From: Phycisphaerae bacterium
GTDB lineage: Bacteria > Planctomycetota > Phycisphaerae > UBA1845
Reading direction: 5' to 3'
DNA: 64,000 bases
Assembly (NCBI GenBank): GCA_963666835.2
Contig: CAXXGO010000006.1
Location: 2,560,001-2,624,000 of the forward strand
Shown piece by piece: positions 37,713-48,641 of the stretch. The notes beneath the pieces were generated by a model. The model was not told where the DNA came from, did no database searches, and saw nothing but the letters and a program-made list of their open reading frames with translations. Both the position numbers and the translations under genes were made by a program. Within the stretch, counting starts at the first letter, position 1. Each line of letters begins with the position of its first letter.

Positions 37713-38396
37713 TCACCCCCGCTTGCGGGGGTTCTTCAGGCCCGTGGTGAGCTTGTTGTTGACCTCCCGGAGGACCCGTGCGGGCAGGACGTCCCGGTGG
37801 GTGGAGAGGAACCGGCGAACGGCTTTGGCGTCGTGCGGGACCAGCGCCCGCAGTGCCCATGACAGGGCCTTGACCACCATATCGTCCGGATCTTCCGCGA
37901 GAAGCTCGCAAACGGCCAGCGTGCGTGGAACGTCACCGGTCCCGCCGGCCGATTTCTGGTTCGAGGGTACGGTAGATACCAGCGCCGCCCGTCGCCACCA
38001 GCGGTCTTTGGACCGAGCCCAGCGGTGGATGTGGTCGTCTTTCAAAATCTGCGCCTGCCACGCCGGTCCCGAGATGTAACCGGCGAACGTGTCCACATCG
38101 CCCCAACTATCGATGCCGCGACCCAGCTTCTCTATCACCGTTGGACGCAGGATTCCCGCCGCGTCTTCGTAGTGGAGGATCAGTGCATAGCCCATGAACC
38201 GGCACGACGGCTCATCGAGCTCCACGAGGCTAAGGGCGATCCGAATGATGTCTCGGCCCCCTGCGTTGGCCAGCTCCTTCGACACCTGCTGCCGAAACGC
38301 GTGCAGGTTTGGCGCCGTTTGGTCGGGTAGGGCGCGAAGCCGGCGGACTATGGCGGCGGAAACAGATGCAGTTTTGCGTGAGTTCCCTGAGGTCAT
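37713..38396 (-). CDS. DNA alkylation repair protein (AlkD-like HEAT repeats)
   Basis: SWGDVD, WARSKDRWWRRAALVSTV and DPDDMVVKALSWALR. Confidence 0.85.
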   Translation of the reverse strand: MTSGNSRKTASVSAAIVRRLRALPDQTAPNLHAFRQQVSKELANAGGRDIIRIALSLVELDEPSCRFMGYALILHYEDAAGILRPTVIEKLGRGIDSWGDVDTFAGYISGPAWQAQILKDDHIHRWARSKDRWWRRAALVSTVPSNQKSAGGTGDVPRTLAVCELLAEDPDDMVVKALSWALRALVPHDAKAVRRFLSTHRDVLPARVLREVNNKLTTGLKNPRKRG

Positions 38397-38520
38397 GGTT
38401 CAACGCCTTCTTGACTACCGCATGGTCCCTGATTGGTTCATCGGGGAGTATACTACTATGGAGCTGGTATTGCATGAAGACCTTGTGGGGGCCGACTCTT
38501 CGGAACTGCGTCGTGGAGGA

Positions 38521-39384
38521 CTAGCGACCATGTATGCACTCCCCGCGGGCGAGGCACTTATCCCATGCACGGCTTGCCAGAGGTTGTTCCGACAGTAGCG
38601 CCTGAAACTTGGATTCTCTTAGGACACGAATCATCCATGCGTTCTTAGCGACCACACGGTATCGTCCCGCCCACGGGTGCTTCTCGAAAGCGACTATCTT
38701 GTCGCATGATGGTGACGACTGCCAGTCAATACCTGATACCAGGACGTAGTCGTCCAAATAGGCGTACGATGGCGTGGGCATGCTCCCGGCAACGATGAAC
38801 GCGCTCGACAGCGAAAACAGGATGAGAAGTGCACACGTCAAGACCATAGCAATCGCGAGTTTGCGAAGCCAACGTCGTGCTAACAACAACGCACACAACG
38901 CAGGCGCGATGGCGAGCACGGACCACCTGAGAATGTCAGTAGCGTGCCGACACCACTTGTTCATCCGGGCGTATTGCGGCTCCACTGAACGCGAATACCA
39001 TGACGGTTTGAGATCATGCCGCACGTCCTCCACCGTCAGTGTCCCGTCCTCCGAACTTAGGTCCGCGTTGCCAAGGTGCGCTTGCACGATTGAGTGCAAC
39101 AGAGAGCAGCTAAATGCTCGTCCGCTCAACGGCGTACCATTTGACGACCGGAGGGCCCACAAGAAAGAAGAGATGGCGATCCCGTACAGCGCTGCAATCG
39201 CGAGCAGCTTGGCTAGTATCTTAAGCGCCTTGCTCCGAAAGAGGGTTTGGAGTCCGGTTGGGATACTGAGCAAATAGGTGGCTTCGTCCTGCGGATCGAA
39301 AGGGTGCGCGCATTCCGGACACTGCGACATGCCTTGGCCACGCAGGTCGTGATGACATTTCCGACAATACACGGTATTCGACAT
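38521..39384 (-). CDS. Membrane protein with N-terminal zinc ribbon
   Basis: CRKCHHDLRG..CPECAHPF followed by three TM segments. Confidence 0.7.
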   Translation of the reverse strand: MSNTVYCRKCHHDLRGQGMSQCPECAHPFDPQDEATYLLSIPTGLQTLFRSKALKILAKLLAIAALYGIAISSFLWALRSSNGTPLSGRAFSCSLLHSIVQAHLGNADLSSEDGTLTVEDVRHDLKPSWYSRSVEPQYARMNKWCRHATDILRWSVLAIAPALCALLLARRWLRKLAIAMVLTCALLILFSLSSAFIVAGSMPTPSYAYLDDYVLVSGIDWQSSPSCDKIVAFEKHPWAGRYRVVAKNAWMIRVLRESKFQALLSEQPLASRAWDKCLARGECIHGR

Positions 39385-39645
39385 TCCCCATGTGTCACAG
39401 CTCTGCCCCGTGACTATACGCAACGGATGGTCCTTAATCAAGCGAGACCGGGGTCTGTCGCCCGTTTCATCGCCTCATTCGGTCACCCGGGCGCTGGCGC
39501 CTCCGGAGAGGCAACGAGTGTCTGCTCTTTCCGCGTTCTGGGTGTTGTCCCAACATGTATGAGCGGCGCGTTGCTCTATTGCGATGGTCAGCTACCTTGT
39601 GCGAACGGTAGCTGATGACGGACTGGTTGAGATTCCCCGAAAGCG

Positions 39646-41301
39646 TCAATCCCGCAAAGCCGGAGACTTCAGAATTGGGAGTTTGTCGAACTCCTCGACG
39701 TTCTTCTTGAGGTCCAACTCTTCCATCAGGATTGCCGGACAGATAATACTATGCGGGACGCCCGCCAGGGAGTTGTATGCCTTTCTTTCACTGCCGGCCG
39801 CGAGGATTCGTTTGAGAGCCCGGGTCTCGACCGGGAGGAACTCGAGCCCGCGGACCAGCTCTTCGCGGCCATCTTCCACGAATACCCGGTAAGCGTAGAT
39901 TGGCGGGCCGAGGTCTCCGTAGCCCCCCGGTTGCATCGCCGCGATCCGCAAGCCGTACTCCAGACCCTCATCGCGAGCCGCCTGAATAAGCTCCTGGCGC
40001 AACTCGTCCGGACTCATTGCGAGAGTGTCGGAGATGTAGAGACAGCCGGTTGTCGCTTGCGCGTCACCATATCCGGCAGTGCGGCCATGCCCGGTGGTCT
40101 TGGTGATCTTCTTGGTAGGGGCTCGTCCTGCGACGAGGTTCTTGAGGATACCCTTCTCGGCGATACTCACGCGGGTAGCGGGGATTCCCTCGTCGTCGTA
40201 CTTATACGCCCCAACCAGAACGGTACCTTCGTATTCCTCCGGTCCGGGATCGTCGTAAACGTGGAACGATCTCGGCAAGACGCGCAGCCCGAGCTTCTTC
40301 TCGAGACTCATATCGCCCCAACCACCTCCGCTGCCGAGTGGTATCGGTCTGGCACACACCGCGTGGGCGAAAAGCGCCTCGAAGACCATTCCCGCGGCAA
40401 TCGGCTCGAACAGAACCGGACCGGTGTACTGTTCGAGCTTGGGAGTTTTCGCCAACTGGTCCAGCTTTGCGCACATCTCATCGATGTCGGCCATAATCTT
40501 ATCTGCCGAAGGAAGCTGGTCGAGTCGCTCACCGATGTAACGGAGGCTGTCGGAAAGGTGCATGCCCTCCGGAGCTTGAGTCGCTGCGCCGATCTCGAGG
40601 TATACGCCGGTATCGCTTACCAGGATCCGCGTCCCTTCGGAATTGACCAGGTAATTCGTCGATGTGCCGGCCAACATCCGGACAACGGAATCTTGAATGT
40701 GCGGGTGCTTCTTGAACGTGGCGGAGAGTTTCTTGACAGTCTCTTCCCATTCCTTTGAGTCGAAATCCAAGTGAGCCGGCGAGTCGAAGTAGCTGACCGG
40801 GTCCGCCGGAGTGAAATCGTCCGGGCGGTCCTCGATGTTGGTGCTCTTGAGATAGGCGATCTTACGCGTAAGAGTCTCGACCGCCCGCTTGTAGTCGGCG
40901 TCCGTCATCCGCCAGATGGCGTGGCGGATGGCGACGTAATCATCGTCCAACGGAAGCGGCACGCGCAGTCCGTAGGCTGGCGGAGCGTTCGTGTTGTCCA
41001 GCTCGTACGATCCGACCCGCACGCGCGTTGTTAGCACGCGGGTCCGGTTATCGCCGGAATCCAACAGGCCGCCAAGGGCGGCGCTGATGGAATGTGTCCA
41101 GCGGTCTTCCGCGACGTACTGCATGAAGTACGGCCGCGGCAGGTCTTCGAAGCTCAGTCGGCTCATCGAGCGGTCCATCTCGTCCACCATGGCCTCGAGA
41201 AGAACGTCGGCGGGCGGCTCGGTTGCGACTGGCCCGGCGTGGGCGGCTGCGGAGACCAATGCTGCAAGAACCAGCAATCGAGTCATGTATGCAAAAGACA
41301 T
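39646..41301 (-). CDS. TldD/PmbA family protein, non-catalytic partner, with signal peptide
   Basis: RVGSYELDN, LVNSEG, YTGPVLF, DDEG and EELVRG; no HExxxH. Confidence 0.85.
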   Translation of the reverse strand: MSFAYMTRLLVLAALVSAAAHAGPVATEPPADVLLEAMVDEMDRSMSRLSFEDLPRPYFMQYVAEDRWTHSISAALGGLLDSGDNRTRVLTTRVRVGSYELDNTNAPPAYGLRVPLPLDDDYVAIRHAIWRMTDADYKRAVETLTRKIAYLKSTNIEDRPDDFTPADPVSYFDSPAHLDFDSKEWEETVKKLSATFKKHPHIQDSVVRMLAGTSTNYLVNSEGTRILVSDTGVYLEIGAATQAPEGMHLSDSLRYIGERLDQLPSADKIMADIDEMCAKLDQLAKTPKLEQYTGPVLFEPIAAGMVFEALFAHAVCARPIPLGSGGGWGDMSLEKKLGLRVLPRSFHVYDDPGPEEYEGTVLVGAYKYDDEGIPATRVSIAEKGILKNLVAGRAPTKKITKTTGHGRTAGYGDAQATTGCLYISDTLAMSPDELRQELIQAARDEGLEYGLRIAAMQPGGYGDLGPPIYAYRVFVEDGREELVRGLEFLPVETRALKRILAAGSERKAYNSLAGVPHSIICPAILMEELDLKKNVEEFDKLPILKSPALRD

Positions 41302-41380
41302 TCGGGTCTGCTCCCAGGGTTTGCCGAGTTCGTTGATACTGGTCCGGCGAACGGACGGCGCCGTGCCGTCCACCTTACTG

Positions 41381-43096
41381 TTACTGCTTCTTGGCAAGGG
41401 GCGGCTCCAGGAATGGCGGGCGGCTTTGCCCCCGGGTCCGTTTCTCAATCTCGATAGTCGAGACCAGAATGCTCGGGGAGATGGCCGATACGGGGAGCCA
41501 TCCCGACTCCGCCCCGCATGAGCCGTTGAACACCGCGGGATCATCTGCAGTATGCATGATCTTCTCGAAGCTGGTCAGCGGCGTGCCGACGATGTCCGCC
41601 CCCCGGATAAGCTCGTCCGGACGTCCGTCCGCAAAGACCCGGTACACGACGATCGGGTTGACTTTGAACGACTGCGGTCCACGACGGGACGTCCGCGTAA
41701 ACCCACCGGAAATGTCCTCGAAATAGAGTCCGTACGGTTTGTCCTGTCGTTGGCACTCCTCGATCAGTAGTTTGCGAAGCTCGGCAAACGTCACCTGGTC
41801 GGCCGATTCCACCACCAGATTGCCCTGGCGGGCGACCACGGCATTGCCGGAGGAGCGCCGGCCATGCCCGTTGGACTTCGGAGCGTGCTCGATCGGCCGG
41901 CGGGACATAAGAAAGGTCTTGAGGATTCCGGACTCGACCAACGGTACGCGAACCGCCCGTACCCCTTCGTCATCGAACAAGTAATACCCGCGAAGATCGC
42001 AATCTCCGTACTTCTTCATCGTGGGGTCGTCGTACACGTCCAGGAACTTCGGCAGGATTTGCTTGTTGATCTTCTTTCCGAAGGTCTGCCCTTCGGTGAC
42101 GTCCTTCTGGCGGTGCCCCTCCATTCGATGGCCGAAGATCTCGTGAAAGAAGACCGCGCTGGCCCGGTTGGAGAGGATGGCCGGCCCGATATACGGTTCG
42201 GCCAACGGGGCCTCGCGGAGGGCGAGGACCTGATCAATCACGCTCTGGAACGCGGCCGTAATCTCTGTGTCGTTCGGCAGGCTGTCCGCGGTGGCGGCGT
42301 TGAAGTCAAATGACTGGTCGAGGTCCATTCCGTCTTCGGCCTTCGTTGTGGCAGTTATCGTGATGCGGTAACGCCGCGACGCGGTCTGCAGCCGCGTTCC
42401 TTCGCTCGACACCATGTACCTCGTCCCGGCGAAGGTGCCGACCGTGATCTGGGAGGAATAGATGAGGGGATAATCTCTCGCTATCGCGGAGATCTTACGC
42501 AGCCGGTCCGCCCAGTTGGCGCGGTCGAAGACCGTATCAAGCGATTCTTCGTAGTGAACGTGGCTTTCTTCGCGGCTGAAATCGTCGGACTGATCCTCCT
42601 CTTCAACTTTGATGGTCAGGTCCGTTTTGATCTGTGTGAGTCGCTTGACGGCGCTTTTGAACACCCGGTCAGTGTGATACCACAGCGCGTTCCGGATAGA
42701 GTCCACATTGCCGTCCAGCGCTAACGGGATGCTTCCGCTGCCGGAAGCGTGGGATGCGCCTCCGCCGCGCAACTGATGCGTGTTGTCCAAAGTGTAGTCG
42801 CCGACCCGCAGGTCGATGTTCAGGCTGCGCTGATCGTCACGAGTGTCCCGCGTAATAGCCCCCAAAGTCGCTGCCAGCAGAGCGGTGTGCTCCTCATAAA
42901 CCGTATAGCTCATAAAATACGGCCGCGTGCCATCCTCCGCGACGAGGTTGGCCATCGCGTAGTGCAACTCGCCGGTCAGCACGCCCATCAGAGGATGTGC
43001 TGAAGCCTCGCTCTTTGCCTGGGCTGCGGCCTCGGAATAGAACAACCCGGCGACAAGGGCGATTGCCAACACGGCCGGAACGACTTTGGATTTCAT
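41381..43096 (-). CDS. TldD family metalloprotease with signal peptide
   Basis: FHEIFGHRMEG (HExxxH), FDDEGV, SNGHGR and CGAESG. Confidence 0.9.
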   Translation of the reverse strand: MKSKVVPAVLAIALVAGLFYSEAAAQAKSEASAHPLMGVLTGELHYAMANLVAEDGTRPYFMSYTVYEEHTALLAATLGAITRDTRDDQRSLNIDLRVGDYTLDNTHQLRGGGASHASGSGSIPLALDGNVDSIRNALWYHTDRVFKSAVKRLTQIKTDLTIKVEEEDQSDDFSREESHVHYEESLDTVFDRANWADRLRKISAIARDYPLIYSSQITVGTFAGTRYMVSSEGTRLQTASRRYRITITATTKAEDGMDLDQSFDFNAATADSLPNDTEITAAFQSVIDQVLALREAPLAEPYIGPAILSNRASAVFFHEIFGHRMEGHRQKDVTEGQTFGKKINKQILPKFLDVYDDPTMKKYGDCDLRGYYLFDDEGVRAVRVPLVESGILKTFLMSRRPIEHAPKSNGHGRRSSGNAVVARQGNLVVESADQVTFAELRKLLIEECQRQDKPYGLYFEDISGGFTRTSRRGPQSFKVNPIVVYRVFADGRPDELIRGADIVGTPLTSFEKIMHTADDPAVFNGSCGAESGWLPVSAISPSILVSTIEIEKRTRGQSRPPFLEPPLAKKQ

Positions 43097-43230
43097 TGAA
43101 GACCCTTTCAGTCAGGGTACCTGCCCCGCGTGAGAACCTGTTTCTGTTATCGGCCGCTGAAGGAGGGGTGTTAAGCGTTAGATCGTTCCAACCCGGCTGT
43201 TCTGCCTGGGAACCTCGCTCGACCGAACTC

Positions 43231-44184
43231 CTACGCCTCCACCATACGGGTAACGTGCAAGGTCACGGAATCGCCCAGGGCGTCGAGGTTGTAGCCGCCC
43301 TCCAGGATGCTGATAAGCCGTCCCTCACAGTGTCGCCGGGCCGCACTCAGCACCTCATCCGTCATCCAGCCGTACGACTCCGTCTCCAAATTCAGCGGAG
43401 CAAGCGGATCGGCGCGGTGGGCGTCAAACCCTGCCGACAGTAAGACAAACTGAGGTCCGTACTTGTCGATGGCCGGGATAACCGTGCCGCTGAACGCCCG
43501 GCGATAATCGTCATCGTTAGCGCCCGGCATCATCGGTAGGTTGATCGTATACCCTTCGCCGGCGTCGCTACCCGTCTCACTGGCCACTCCGGTGCCTGGA
43601 TAGACGTAATCAGGGTGGCCGTGGAGGCTGATGAACAAGACCCGCGGGTCCGCCTCGAAGGTGTGCTGCGTTCCATTCCCGTGGTGTACGTCCCAATCGA
43701 GAATCAGAACGCGGGCCAGCTCGTATCTGTCTATCAAGTGCTGGGCGGCTAGCGCGATGTTGTTGAACAGGCAGAAGCCCATCGATCGGTCGCGTTCAGC
43801 GTGGTGCCCCGGCGGGCGAACGGGGCAGAAGGCGTTGTTCACACGCCCCGTCATAACATCGTCAACGGCGTTGATCACCGCACCGGCGGCGAGCTTGGCG
43901 ATACCGAAGCTTCCCTCGCATATCGCCGTGTCGGTAACGTCAATGAACGGGAGGTTCACCTGGCAGGCGTGTTCTAAGCGTTCGACATACTCGTTGTCGT
44001 GGATCCTCGCCACCAGGGACATGTCTACGTCCGATGTTTCGACCTTGCGACAGGTCTCGGTCAGGCCGCTGTGGCGGAGCACCGATTCAATCCGCACGAG
44101 CCTTTGAGGGGCCTCAGGATGGTCCGGACCGGTTATATGGTACTGGAACCGCTCGTCCTGGGCCAAACCGGTCTTTGCCAACAC
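43231..44184 (-). CDS. Histone deacetylase family (Zn-dependent deacetylase)
   Basis: HPEAPQRL, RPPGHHA, GFCLFNN, DWDVHHGNGTQ, SAGFDAH and LEGGY. AAGGAG RBS before GTG 44184. Confidence 0.93.
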   Translation of the reverse strand: MLAKTGLAQDERFQYHITGPDHPEAPQRLVRIESVLRHSGLTETCRKVETSDVDMSLVARIHDNEYVERLEHACQVNLPFIDVTDTAICEGSFGIAKLAAGAVINAVDDVMTGRVNNAFCPVRPPGHHAERDRSMGFCLFNNIALAAQHLIDRYELARVLILDWDVHHGNGTQHTFEADPRVLFISLHGHPDYVYPGTGVASETGSDAGEGYTINLPMMPGANDDDYRRAFSGTVIPAIDKYGPQFVLLSAGFDAHRADPLAPLNLETESYGWMTDEVLSAARRHCEGRLISILEGGYNLDALGDSVTLHVTRMVEA

Positions 44185-44548
44185 ATGCTCCTTACGCTTT
44201 TCGGATCCGCGAGCCAACGTCGAGTCGGCATGAGTCACTCGGTGTTTATAGCAGCGTTGTGCATGCCCGGAAAGTGCTCGCCGGATCAGTTGGCTGTCTG
44301 AGTCTCTTTTCTAAGTAAGACTGGGTGGACCGCCTCCTTCGGCGGTGCGATAGCCGACGATCGTCCCCCGTGCGACACGCGTTGTTGTGTTTCCGGCGAC
44401 TCGTTATCGTGTTGAGTGCCGCGCACGCGGTTGCCCGGTCGATTGATCGGTTTCCACCGGGGTGCAACATTGGCGTCACGGGCGTTATGACCGCTTCGCA
44501 GGAGGTTTCGCCGAACATGTTGACTGTTCGTCTCAAAGCCGGGACCGG

Positions 44549-46843
44549 CTACGTTAGCGACAGGGGATCGACATCCAGGATGAGCGACTCGGCTTTCGTG
44601 CGCAACCCGTGAGTCTTGTTCAGGTGGTCTAAAACCGTCTGCATGGCGCTGGCCGTCAATGTCCGGATCAGCAGGTCATAACGATACCGCCCGCGGAGTC
44701 GGGTGATCATGCAAGGCGTGGGTCCGAGCACGTCGGCATGCTCCAGGGATAGTGACGTAATTGCGTCATCGATTCGCCCGTGCAGGGCTTCGGCTTCTTG
44801 CCGGGCGGTGGCCTCGCGAGGGTGGGCCAGGACCACCCGCGCCAGCCGGGAATATGGAGGCAGACCCACCGCCTGCCGGCTCTTCATCTCCGCCTCGACG
44901 AAAGACTCGTAATCGTGATTAAGTGCGAAGGTCAAAGCCGGGATAGCCGGCGACGTGGTTTGCACCACTACGGTTCCCGCCTGGTCGTGACGTCCCGCCC
45001 TCCCGGCCACCTGCGTGATTAACTGGAACAACCGCTCGTGAGCGCGGAAATCAGCACCCGTCCCCGCGGGTTCCGCGCTGATGACGCCGACGAAGGACAC
45101 GCCGGGAAAGTCCAGGCCTTTGGCAATCATCTGCGTGCCCACGACGATGTCTATTCTGTGATTCTCAACATCGCGGACGGTCTCTTCGTAGTGATTCCGA
45201 CGGGTCATCGTATCGCTGTCCACGCGGGCGATGCGGGCGTGGGGGAACCGGTTGCGCAAGACATCCTCGACCTGCTGCGTGCCCAACCCGAGCTGCACCA
45301 GACGCTCGCCACACATTACGTTGGGACACTTCGTCGGCGTAGGCATGCGGTGCCGGCAATAGTGACAGATAGAGTCACCCGTGGACGTGTGAACGACCAA
45401 ACCGACGTTGCAGTTTGAACAAGTGAGGCTGATCCTGCAGGACGGGCAATACAGGCGGTTGGCGAAACCCCGCCGGTTCATGAGAATCAGCGATTGCTCA
45501 CCCCGTTGCAGGGTCAGCGACAGCATTCGTTCCATCGAACGCGACACTACCACGTTCTGCTTACACTCGGCGTTCTCATCACGCATGTCGACCAGGTGTA
45601 CCTTCGGCATGGGCAGCGATTTCACCCGATGGCGGATGGTTATCCGCTCGTAGTGGTCGCGGTGAATACTGTTGTACCAGGTTTCGATCGATGGCGTGGC
45701 CGAGCCGAGAACTACCGGAATATCATGTTGCTTGCCGCGCAGGATAGCTACATCGCGCACGTTGAATCGCGGGGCTTGCAGGTTCTTGTAGCTGCTCTCC
45801 TGTTCCTCGTCGACGCAGATCAGGCCGAGGTTGGGGCAGGGGGCGAACACGGCGCTGCGCGTCCCGATGACCACGGTCTTCTCGCCGCCGGCGATTCTCT
45901 GCCAGAGCACCGACCGTTGGGCGCCGGTAAGCGCGCTGTGATTGACCGCGACATTCTCGAAGCGCGAGGTGAGGCGTTTAACAAGCTGGGTGGTCAGGAC
46001 GATTTCCGGAACGAGGAGGATGGCTTGCTTGCCGGCCGCCACCACGCGGCGAATCGCCCGAATATATACTTCTGTCTTACCGCAGCCGCTGACTCCGAAC
46101 ACAAGGGTCACGGAGAAACCGCCATCGTCGATCCGCTGGTTGATTCGCTCCAAAGCGTGGTTCTGCTCGGCGTTAAGTTCGAACGAAGGCTCGACAAGTG
46201 GTACGGGGGTATCCGGATCGTCGCGGAGCTCCTTGTGCTCCGTGATCTGCACCCAGCCGCGTTTTGCTATTGCCTGCAGAGTGGCGCGTGACGTTGCGGT
46301 GGTCTGCAACAACGAATCCAGTGGGATCGGGTGTGTGGCTGCTGCGAGAACATCGAGCACCGCTTGGCGACCCGGAGTGATCCGGGCACCGCTCGCCACG
46401 ATCTCGCCGATCGCAAGGGCGAGGCGGGCGTAGCGGATGGTCTTCATTCCGCTTTGCCGCCGAACCGGCTCCGGGGTGAGCGCCTTGAGCGTCTGTCCGA
46501 GCGGACACGCGTAGTGTTGCGAGATTCGGCGTCCCAGATCGATGAGCTTGTGGTCAAGGTAGCTGGTCGGGTCGACCACGGAAGCGATCGGTTGGAGCGT
46601 GCCTTGCCATTCCTTGCGGTCCAACCCCACCACGAATCCGCGTACGAGGCGATTGCGACGCCCGATCGGAACTTCGACCCGGTGCCCGAGCCGGATCGAC
46701 TCGGTCAGGCTCGCCGGGACGGAGAACGAGTAAGTGCGATTCGTGGGTATGATCGGTGCGACCTCAACTACCATGCCTTCGAACCGTTCGCCTTCTTCGA
46801 CCCACAGGAATCCGGTTTGTGGCGATGTGTTGGTTCGAGCCAT
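44549..46843 (-). CDS. priA: Primosomal protein N' (replication restart helicase)
   Basis: GVSGCGKTEVY, LVPEI, GTRSAVF, DEEQ, GSATPS, NRRG, four CxxC pairs, GTQMIAKGLDFP and QVAGRAGR. Confidence 0.96.
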   Translation of the reverse strand: MARTNTSPQTGFLWVEEGERFEGMVVEVAPIIPTNRTYSFSVPASLTESIRLGHRVEVPIGRRNRLVRGFVVGLDRKEWQGTLQPIASVVDPTSYLDHKLIDLGRRISQHYACPLGQTLKALTPEPVRRQSGMKTIRYARLALAIGEIVASGARITPGRQAVLDVLAAATHPIPLDSLLQTTATSRATLQAIAKRGWVQITEHKELRDDPDTPVPLVEPSFELNAEQNHALERINQRIDDGGFSVTLVFGVSGCGKTEVYIRAIRRVVAAGKQAILLVPEIVLTTQLVKRLTSRFENVAVNHSALTGAQRSVLWQRIAGGEKTVVIGTRSAVFAPCPNLGLICVDEEQESSYKNLQAPRFNVRDVAILRGKQHDIPVVLGSATPSIETWYNSIHRDHYERITIRHRVKSLPMPKVHLVDMRDENAECKQNVVVSRSMERMLSLTLQRGEQSLILMNRRGFANRLYCPSCRISLTCSNCNVGLVVHTSTGDSICHYCRHRMPTPTKCPNVMCGERLVQLGLGTQQVEDVLRNRFPHARIARVDSDTMTRRNHYEETVRDVENHRIDIVVGTQMIAKGLDFPGVSFVGVISAEPAGTGADFRAHERLFQLITQVAGRAGRHDQAGTVVVQTTSPAIPALTFALNHDYESFVEAEMKSRQAVGLPPYSRLARVVLAHPREATARQEAEALHGRIDDAITSLSLEHADVLGPTPCMITRLRGRYRYDLLIRTLTASAMQTVLDHLNKTHGLRTKAESLILDVDPLSLT

Positions 46844-47078
46844 GACGAGAAGCCAACCTGTCTCGTACGCCGCTGGAATGGAGACGTACTCTGTCCCGAT
46901 TGCGCGAAGGCGCAGCCGAGGTGCCTTTGATCATCCTTGTGGATTATGACGCAGGCCGAGATGATTGGCCACGTCGGGCGCTTAGCCAGTGATAGAGATC
47001 CAGCCGGCGGTTCATTCCGGTCGGTGCTGGCTCGTCCGCCGATGCGGAGGTGACTCCCGAATCCGTATCAGTGGGGAA

Positions 47079-47519
47079 TCAGTGGCAGCTCGGCGGAATG
47101 GGCCTTTCCGGATGGGGCTTCTCGCCGGGGTCCTGGTAGTTACGGAATCCGGTGATCTGGGGCATGTCCTCCGGTTTCTCTGACGGATGCACGGAGAAAT
47201 TCTCTACCCGTACGATCTCCTCGAATGGAACCGTCACTACGAACGCGCCGACTTTGTAGTGATCGTCGACCGGCTCGCACTCGAAGACCAGGTGCGATTT
47301 GCTCTCTACGTCTGCAATCTCCCGGACTTCGTAGCTGAACCCATCTCTCAGGTAGATGAGCGTTCGCATCTCCAACTCGGACTGGAACTTCTCGATCTCC
47401 TCATCATCGACGAAGGTCTCCGGGTCCCGATCGGGGTATCGGCGGAGCACGCACCGCCATCTCGCTTCCAACTGTTGCTGGGCGAACGCCGGACCGTGGA
47501 ACCAATCATAGTTGAACAT
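47079..47519 (-). CDS. Hypothetical protein
   Basis: Protein-like acidic ORF MFNYDWFHG...VPFEEIVRVE...ITGFR, divergent from queG. Confidence 0.7.
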   Translation of the reverse strand: MFNYDWFHGPAFAQQQLEARWRCVLRRYPDRDPETFVDDEEIEKFQSELEMRTLIYLRDGFSYEVREIADVESKSHLVFECEPVDDHYKVGAFVVTVPFEEIVRVENFSVHPSEKPEDMPQITGFRNYQDPGEKPHPERPIPPSCH

Positions 47520-47669
47520 ACGTGACACTCGCTCTGAGGACGACGGCGTTGTCCGGTCCCTTCGGAACCGGGTCGGCGCAATCTGCGACGAAGCGACGCA
47601 CCGTAGTCGTTGGCGGGGCGACCGTCAATTGGCATCGCACTCTATGTATCGGTCCGGCACGGGAGTACC

Positions 47670-48641
47670 ATGTACCTAATGGACCACTTCACAGCGAGCA
47701 AGTTCGTCAAGAAAGCCGCGATGGACATTGGTTTCGATGCCTGCGGAATTACCCGGGCTGTCCAGAGCAGGCGTGCGGGCTACCTCCGGAAGTGGCTACG
47801 CGATGGGCGAGCAGGGACAATGCAATATCTCCACCGTCACGTGGATTCGCGGGAGGATCCCACCCGGTTGCTTCCGGGCGCCAGAAGTGTGATCGTGGTC
47901 GCTTTATCATACAACCAACCTGGTCCCGGCGGGTCTGATAATCCCGGCCTGACGGGCCGGGTGTCCAGGTACGCGTGGGGTCGAGACTACCATCGACTAG
48001 TCAAGAACAAGCTACTCGTGATTGCGGATCGGATCAGAGCCGAAATCGACAGCGCAATTGAGACGAAGGTCTGCGTCGACACCGTGCCAATCATGGAACG
48101 CGACCTGGCCGCCGAGGCGGGGGTCGGCTGGATCGGCAAGAACACAATGGTGGTCAATCGAGAGCTCGGGAGTTTCTTCTTTCTGGGAGCGATCGTGACC
48201 ACGCTGGAGCTGGTGCCGGATGATCCGCTTCCCGGCGGTTGCGGGACATGCACGGCATGCCTGGATGCCTGTCCGACGAACGCTCTTACGGCTCCCTATG
48301 AGATGGACGCGTCCCGCTGCATCAGCTATTTGACCATCGAGCACCGCGAAACAATCCCGCCGGCACTGGCCGGGTTGATGGGGGACTGGTTGTTCGGATG
48401 TGATATCTGCCAGGACGTGTGTCCCTACAACCGGCGGCCGATGCCGACGCGCGAGCCACGGTTTGCAGTTCGGCCACCGGGGCCGCGCCCTGAACTCGAG
48501 GAGGTTCTTTCGTGGGCCGTCGAGGACTACGAGGCGAACCTACGCGGCAGCGCTGCGAAACGTGCCTCGTTCGAGATGTGGCAGCGGAACGCGCGAATCG
48601 CCCTGAGCAACGCGCGAGGACGAGCGTTGCCGGGCGGATGA
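47670..48641 (+). CDS. queG: tRNA epoxyqueuosine(34) reductase
   Basis: GFDACGI, YAWGRDYH, VDTVPIMER, GWIGKN, CGTCTACLDACPT, CISYLTIE and GCDICQDVCP. Confidence 0.95.
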   Translation: MYLMDHFTASKFVKKAAMDIGFDACGITRAVQSRRAGYLRKWLRDGRAGTMQYLHRHVDSREDPTRLLPGARSVIVVALSYNQPGPGGSDNPGLTGRVSRYAWGRDYHRLVKNKLLVIADRIRAEIDSAIETKVCVDTVPIMERDLAAEAGVGWIGKNTMVVNRELGSFFFLGAIVTTLELVPDDPLPGGCGTCTACLDACPTNALTAPYEMDASRCISYLTIEHRETIPPALAGLMGDWLFGCDICQDVCPYNRRPMPTREPRFAVRPPGPRPELEEVLSWAVEDYEANLRGSAAKRASFEMWQRNARIALSNARGRALPGG

